Below, piece after piece: positions 58,270 to 64,000 of a stretch of 64,000 bases of DNA. The DNA is from Desulfatiglandales bacterium. Lineage in GTDB: Bacteria; Desulfobacterota; DSM-4660; Desulfatiglandales; Desulfatiglandaceae. Below the pieces are notes generated by a model. It made no database searches, was not told the DNA's origin, and saw only the letters and a list, made by a program, of their open reading frames with translations. Positions within the stretch are counted from its first letter, which is position 1. Every line of letters starts with the position of its first letter. A program made the translations under genes and the position numbers. The stretch lies in the NCBI GenBank assembly GCA_963666345.1, contig OY762721.1:2912001-2976000 (forward strand), in the 5' to 3' direction.

Positions 58270-59962
58270 ATGGATGCGAAGGAATTAAAAGCGAAGGAAA
58301 ATCAGGGAGATTTTGAACTCAGGCAAGGAGCCGAGGAAAAACTGAAAGAAGCGTCCAGACGTAGCGAAGATCTCTCCGGAGTGTCGCCCGAAAAAATGGC
58401 ACATCTCATCCACGACCTTCAGGTTCATCAGATTGAGTTGGAAATGCAGAACGATGAACTCCGGCGTATCCAGGGTGAACTTGAGAGGACGCGGGACAGG
58501 TATTCTGATCTGTATGACTTTTCGCCGGTCGGGCATTTTACAATGAGTGAAACGGAGATTATCGAAGAGGCCAATCTCACTATCTCTTCCATGTTAGGCA
58601 TAGAACGCAGCGCCTTGATCGGAAAATCCTTTACCCGTTTTGTTCTGAGAGAAGACCAGGACATTTTCTATAAACAACGGCAGCGCCTTCTGGAAACAGA
58701 GACACCCCGGTCCTGCGAGATACGTCTTGTAAGAAATGAAGGTCATGAGTTTCATGCCCGTATTGAATGCATGGTCATAAAAAACAGGGGTGGCGATCTA
58801 AGGCAGATCAGGGCGGCGGTCAGCGATATCTCCGACGTCAAGAGAATGGAAGAGGAGCTTTTAAGGTCCCAAAAACTTGAATCGGTAGGGTTGCTTGCAG
58901 GGGGCATCGCCCATGATTTCAACAATATCCTGACAGCGATTATAGGTAATGTTTCCATGGCCAAGATGCAGGTGAGGCCGGAGGATGAGATGTTTGACCT
59001 GTTAAGTGGCGCAGAGACTGACCGGACAGTTGGTGACCTTTGCCAGAGGGGGAGCGCCGGTAAAGGAGACCGCTTCAATCAAAGATGTTATCAGGGAATC
59101 ATCCCTCCTTGTTTTGCGAGGTTCAAAAACCAGGTGCGATTTTTCCTTAGCTGAAGACCTCTGGCCGGCTGAGGTTGACGTCGGGCAGATGAGCCAGGGC
59201 ATCAATAATATTGTTTTCAATGCAGACCGGGCCATGCCGGAAGGGGGAATCATTCAGGTTGCTGCAGAAAATCTAATAATAGGTGACGGACATGGGGTGC
59301 CCCTCAGGCCGGGCAGATACATCAAAATATCCATCACGGATCATGGGGTTGGCATAGCCGAAAAATATCTTTCAAAGGTATTTGATCCTTATTTTACGAC
59401 AAAGCAGGAAGGGAACGGTCTCGGGCTTGCCATGACCTATTCCATCATCAGGAAACACGATGGGCACATCACGGTGGAATCCCAGTTGGGGGTTGGGACC
59501 GCATTTCACATCTATTTGCCTGCTTCCGATAAAGCAGTCCCAGAAAAAGAGGAAGTTAAGATAATAAAAGGCCAAGGCAGGATTCTGGTGATGGATGATG
59601 AAGCGTCGTTACGGAAAATGGTCGGGAGGATGCTGAAAAACCTTGGCTATGAGTCAGAATTTGCAAAGGACGGTGCTGAAACGATTGAGATGTACAAGGA
59701 AGCCAAAGAAGCTGAAAAGCCTTATGATGCCGTCATTCTGGATTTGACCATTCCCGGCGGAATGGGCGGCAAAGAAGCGATTAACAAATTACTTGAGATT
59801 GATCCTGAAGTAAAAGCTATTGTCTCAAGCGGATACTCCGATGACTCGGTCTTGGCGAATCTCCAGGAATATGGTTTTAAAGGTACGATGCCCAAACCAT
59901 TTGAATCCCGATCACTGAGCAAAGTGTTACATGAAGTGCTCGAGGGGAAAGGGAAGTATTGA
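58270..59962 (+). pseudogene. PAS hybrid histidine kinase, frameshifted near 59010
   Basis: PAS and AHDFNN are in one frame, HATPase and REC in another; the junction is within the HisKA helix. Confidence 0.82.
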
Positions 59963-60462
59963 TGCCTGCCCTGGCGCGACTCCGCCGAAATTTGTTTGTT
60001 TCGTGATAAGTATTTAGAATTAGAGTCCCGGACGTCACGTTCATTAAAGCCAGGTCTGGGCCAGGGATTGGTGATTGAGAAGAATTGAACCCTGGAGAAC
60101 TGAAAGAGCGAAAAGATGGGAAAATTTGTCAGACGGAGAATTCATTATTCTGAAATTCAAGGATCATTATCCGAAATAAGATTTAAGAATACCTTAACTA
60201 TACTGAATTTTTAGCAAAGTCATACTTATGCAAGCAATGTTAAAACTATCACACTTTTGAACATTATCAATCCCTTTGACATCCGCAATATATCCAGTCA
60301 TAAAAAAATTACGCTGATGATCGGGGAGAATTAACCACGCTTTTCGCCCCGAATATATTGTGGGATTGCAGGAGATGGTCACGTGAGAGAATGAGATAAT
60401 CGCCTTTTGAAACCTTCTGCGACTTGTGACAGCAAAATACCGCTATTTTGAAAGGAGAAATC

Positions 60463-62181
60463 ATGAACGGCAATCAACTGACACTTCAGCCGCATGGTAC
60501 TGAAAAAATGTCCACCGGCATTGAAGGGCTTGATGAGATCACCGGCGGCGGGCTGCCGCGCAACCAGACCTCGCTCGTCATCGGCGGACCCGGCTCCGGC
60601 AAAACCGTCTTTGCCTTGCAGACGCTGATCAATGGCGCGCGCCAATCGGGCGAGCCGGGCATCTTTGTCGCCTTTGAGGAGAACGCGCATCAGATCATCG
60701 CCAACGCGGCATCCTTCGGCTGGGATTTGCCCACGCTGGAGAAGGAAGGGAAAATTTTCTTTCTCGAAGGGCGCTTGTCCGCCGACGTCGTTCAAAGCGG
60801 CCAGTTTGACCTGGCTGGACTGTTAGCGGGGCTCAAGGCAAAAACCGATGAAATGGGAGCCAGGCGAATTGTTTTCGATTCGGTTGACGTCCTACTGATG
60901 CTTCTGAATAATCCCATCATAGAACGGCGCGAAATTTACCGCATCCGTGATTGGTTAGCCCAAGCCAACATCTCCGGCATCATCACCGCCAGAATTGAGG
61001 GGAGCGATCCGCTGTTGTCGGCACACTATAGCTTTATGCAGTTCATGGCGGATTGCGTGGTCTTGCTGCACCATCGCCTTGTCGACCGCGTTTCGCTGCG
61101 TGAATTGCGCGTCATGAAATACCGGGGTTCACATTTTGCCGAAGCCGAGTTCCCGATGGTGGTCGGTCCTCAGGGAATTGAAGTGATCAATTTCGGTCCG
61201 GAGCAAACCAGCGTCGAGGCCTCCACCGAACGCGTTTCCACCGGCGTCGAGCGACTCGACCTGATGCTTGACGGCGGTTACTTTCGTGGGTCCACTGTGC
61301 TGATCACGGGCACGCCGGGTACGGCAAAATCAACTCTTGCCGCGGCGTTTACGCACGCTACGTGCCAAAACAACGAGAAAGCACTCTATGTCTCTTTCGA
61401 TGAAGTAGCCAATGTGATGGTGCGCAACCTGTCTTCTGTGGGCATCCGCCTGAGTCCGCATATCGAGTCCGGGCTGCTCAGGATGTATTCGGCGCATACG
61501 GCGGCGCAGAGCGCACAAGAACACTTGCTGAAAATCAGAGCGTTAATCAGAGCACACAAACCGTGCTGCCTTGTGATAGACCCAATCTCGGCGATGACCA
61601 GAGCTGGAGGATCCGTATCCGGACAGGGATTTGCCGAGCAGTTGCTTCACATCACGCATTTGGAAGGAATCACGCTGGTCTGTGTCAGTCTTGTATCAGG
61701 GAACGATCCATTGATAGAAATGTCAGCCGCGCAAATCTCGACGATGGCAGACACCTGGATGCACGTCACCTTTATTGGATATCAAGGGGAACGAAACCGC
61801 GCGCTGACCATCATCAAGTCGCGCGGCACCAGGCATTCCAATCAGATGCGCGAACTCACCCTAAACGACCAGGGCATTACGTTGACGGACGTCTACACCG
61901 CCGGGGGTGAGGTGCTGTTGGGTTCGATGCGTTGGGAAAAGGAGCGCGCGATGGAATTGGAGGCCAAACTCCTGCTTGCGGATGCAGAACTCAAACGGAG
62001 CAATCTGAAACTGGCGGAATCGGAGATGTTGGCGCGCATCGAAACACTCAAACGCGAATTGAAAGCGAAACGCGCTGAAGTCGCCTTGCTGGATGCGCAG
62101 CAGGAGGAGCAACTGGAACGGTTGAAGGCGGAGCACAAAGACTTGGGTTTATTGCGAGGCGCAGACAAGGAGACGACATGA
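60463..62181 (+). CDS. kaiC: Circadian clock protein KaiC homologue
   Basis: Two RecA-like domains (GGPGSGKT, GTPGTAKS), ISTMADTW phosphosite region, IKSRGTRHSNQMRE, coiled-coil tail. Confidence 0.95.
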   Translation: MNGNQLTLQPHGTEKMSTGIEGLDEITGGGLPRNQTSLVIGGPGSGKTVFALQTLINGARQSGEPGIFVAFEENAHQIIANAASFGWDLPTLEKEGKIFFLEGRLSADVVQSGQFDLAGLLAGLKAKTDEMGARRIVFDSVDVLLMLLNNPIIERREIYRIRDWLAQANISGIITARIEGSDPLLSAHYSFMQFMADCVVLLHHRLVDRVSLRELRVMKYRGSHFAEAEFPMVVGPQGIEVINFGPEQTSVEASTERVSTGVERLDLMLDGGYFRGSTVLITGTPGTAKSTLAAAFTHATCQNNEKALYVSFDEVANVMVRNLSSVGIRLSPHIESGLLRMYSAHTAAQSAQEHLLKIRALIRAHKPCCLVIDPISAMTRAGGSVSGQGFAEQLLHITHLEGITLVCVSLVSGNDPLIEMSAAQISTMADTWMHVTFIGYQGERNRALTIIKSRGTRHSNQMRELTLNDQGITLTDVYTAGGEVLLGSMRWEKERAMELEAKLLLADAELKRSNLKLAESEMLARIETLKRELKAKRAEVALLDAQQEEQLERLKAEHKDLGLLRGADKETT

Positions 62182-62504
62182 GCAAGCCAAACGCACAAAG
62201 CGCCCGCGTCGAGCCTGCGCGCGGAGAGCCCTTCCTGTTCCGGCTTTACATCGCGGCGGGGACGCCCAACTCGGGTTACGCCATCGCCAACCTCGAAGCC
62301 GTCTGCAGGGAATATCTGCGAGACCGTCACCAGATCGAAATCGTGGACTTTCTGCAAGAGCCGTTGCGCTCGTTGGGCGAGGGAGTTCTCGTGACACCCA
62401 CGCTGGTCAAACTTTCGCCGTTGCCAATGCGGACAATTGTGGGCGATCTGAGTGATACATCAATCGTGTTGCATGAACTGGGATTGGAAGAAGGCGCGAA
62501 ATGA
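62178..62504 (+). CDS. kaiB: KaiB homologue
   Basis: FRLYIAAGTPNS..AIANL, VTPTLVKLSPLPMRTIVGDLS. Confidence 0.93.
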   Translation: MSKPNAQSARVEPARGEPFLFRLYIAAGTPNSGYAIANLEAVCREYLRDRHQIEIVDFLQEPLRSLGEGVLVTPTLVKLSPLPMRTIVGDLSDTSIVLHELGLEEGAK

Positions 62505-64000
62505 GCAAACGCAAATCGAACGTCGGCATCTCCGAGCGTAAGGAAACAGAAAAGGCGCAGCAAAGTATGGATGAATTGTTCCGCGCGCTCATCGAGAACT
62601 CTTCGGACATCATTACGATCCTCGACCCCGAGGGGATCATCCGCTATGAAAGCCCTTCCGTTGAACGGGGGCTGGGATACAAACCTGCGGAATTGATCGG
62701 CACAAACATCGTTGAACGGCTTCACCCGGACGATGTGTCAAAAGTCATCGAGGCCTATGGGGCAATAAATGCCCAACGAACTCCCAGCGGAACTTCTTGG
62801 ATTGGTCATTTCATAGAGGCGCGTCTTTGTCACAAAGATGGCTTGTGGCGGACGATGGAATGCATCTTTAATGCGCTTCCCAGGGACCTGCTCGTGACGG
62901 GAATTGTAATCAATTTCCACGACATCACCAAGCGCAAGCAGGCAGATGAAGCTCTCCGTGAGAGCGAGGAGAAATTTCGCTCTATGGTGGACAACGTCGG
63001 TATAGGGGTGGCACTGATCAGTCCAGCAATGGAGATACTTGATCTGAACCGCCAGATGCGTGTGTGGTTTCCAGATATCGACTCGAGCAAGCGCTTAATT
63101 TGTTACCGTGCCTTCAACAACCCGCCGCGTGAAGAGATCTGCGATTACTGCCCGACGTGTAGGACGCTTCAAGACGGCAACGTGCATGAGGCCACAACCG
63201 TAACGCCAACGGCGGACGGCCCCCGAAACTATCGCACCGTCTCGTCACCCGTCTTCGACGCAAATCGAAAAGTGACGGCTTGCATCGAAATGGTCGATGA
63301 CATAACTGAGCGTGTATCGCTGGAAGCCCAGCTCCGCCAGGCCCAGAAGATGGAAGCCATCGGCACCCTGGCAGGCGGTGTGGCCCATGATTTCAACAAT
63401 ATACTGACCACCATCATCGGGTATGCTGACCTTATGTTAATGACTGTCGAAACCGATAAACCCTTAACTGAGGAGATAGAGGAGATCAAGTTAGCCGGGG
63501 AAAGGGCAGCCGCTTTGACCCGCCAGCTCCTCGCCTTCAGCCGCAAACAGATTGTCCAGCCTAAGATTCTGGATCTGAATAAATTATTGACAGGTATAGA
63601 AAAGATGCTTGTCCGCCTGATTGGAGAGGATATTGAAATTCTGATAATCCCGAAATCTGACTTATGGAAGATAGAGATAGACCCCGGACAAATGGAGCAG
63701 GTGATCATGAACCTGGTGGTCAATGCCAAGGACGCCATGCCCAATGGAGGCAAGCTCACCATTGAAACGGTCAACATGGATCTGGGCGAGAACTATTTTA
63801 CCGATCACGGCATTGTTGAAAAGCATCCAGGCTCTTATGTGGTGCTGACTGTAAGCGATACCGGCATCGGGATGGACAAAGAAGCCCAGGAACGTATCTT
63901 TGATCCTTTCTATACCACCAAAGAGAAAGGCAAGGGCACCGGATTGGGCTTGTCCACGATCTACGGCATTGTCAAACAAAACAATGGTTTTATTTGGGTC
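62501..64000 (+). CDS. PAS-PAS histidine kinase (runs off the right edge), coupled to kaiB
   Basis: ATG overlaps the kaiB stop (ATGA); FRALIENSSDIITIL PAS; in frame with the AHDFNN kinase core. Confidence 0.88.
   Translation, partial: MSKRKSNVGISERKETEKAQQSMDELFRALIENSSDIITILDPEGIIRYESPSVERGLGYKPAELIGTNIVERLHPDDVSKVIEAYGAINAQRTPSGTSWIGHFIEARLCHKDGLWRTMECIFNALPRDLLVTGIVINFHDITKRKQADEALRESEEKFRSMVDNVGIGVALISPAMEILDLNRQMRVWFPDIDSSKRLICYRAFNNPPREEICDYCPTCRTLQDGNVHEATTVTPTADGPRNYRTVSSPVFDANRKVTACIEMVDDITERVSLEAQLRQAQKMEAIGTLAGGVAHDFNNILTTIIGYADLMLMTVETDKPLTEEIEEIKLAGERAAALTRQLLAFSRKQIVQPKILDLNKLLTGIEKMLVRLIGEDIEILIIPKSDLWKIEIDPGQMEQVIMNLVVNAKDAMPNGGKLTIETVNMDLGENYFTDHGIVEKHPGSYVVLTVSDTGIGMDKEAQERIFDPFYTTKEKGKGTGLGLSTIYGIVKQNNGFIWV
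63338..64000 (+). repeat. Direct repeat copy 2 (kinase core), matches 32328-32990
   Basis: Identical to the window end on manual comparison. Confidence 0.9.

Noticed and set aside
59006..59154. Programmed ribosomal frameshift in the kinase
   Set aside because: There is no slippery heptamer at the junction and residues appear to be missing, which favours a deletion.

Overview
Chromosomal window from a deltaproteobacterium (Desulfobacterota-like gene order). Bases 1-22.4 kb are core genome. They hold a type II secretion cluster on the minus strand (exeA-like, gspC,N,M,L,K,J,I,H,G,F), a TPR protein and a DUF39 homocysteine-biosynthesis gene, followed by kdsA-kdsC-lptCAB-rpoN-hpf-ptsN-EIIA(Man)-rimI-gap-tpiA-secG-tRNA-Leu(GAG). 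From the tRNA to the window end is accessory DNA that looks like an island. It contains a truncated tyrosine integrase, an IS21, an XRE/PD-(D/E)XK/GNAT-like/AAA block and several PAS hybrid kinases (one broken by an IS4, one frameshifted). It also carries a ~19 kb gas vesicle locus with its own sigma54 regulators, Hsp20s, a CDC48-type ATPase and a Get3/ArsA-like ATPase, and a kaiC-kaiB-PAS kinase operon. The most unusual structure is non-genic: about 15 degenerate 7-nt tandem arrays. Many are paired as inverted arms. Two pairs bracket four-helix-bundle (23S-IVS/bAvd-like) genes, and the rest occur as empty hairpins between and inside gvp genes. They host nested mini-elements, including one present twice with conserved ends and unrelated cores of exactly 68 nt. 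All calls come from reading the sequence and motif recognition; no database search was run.
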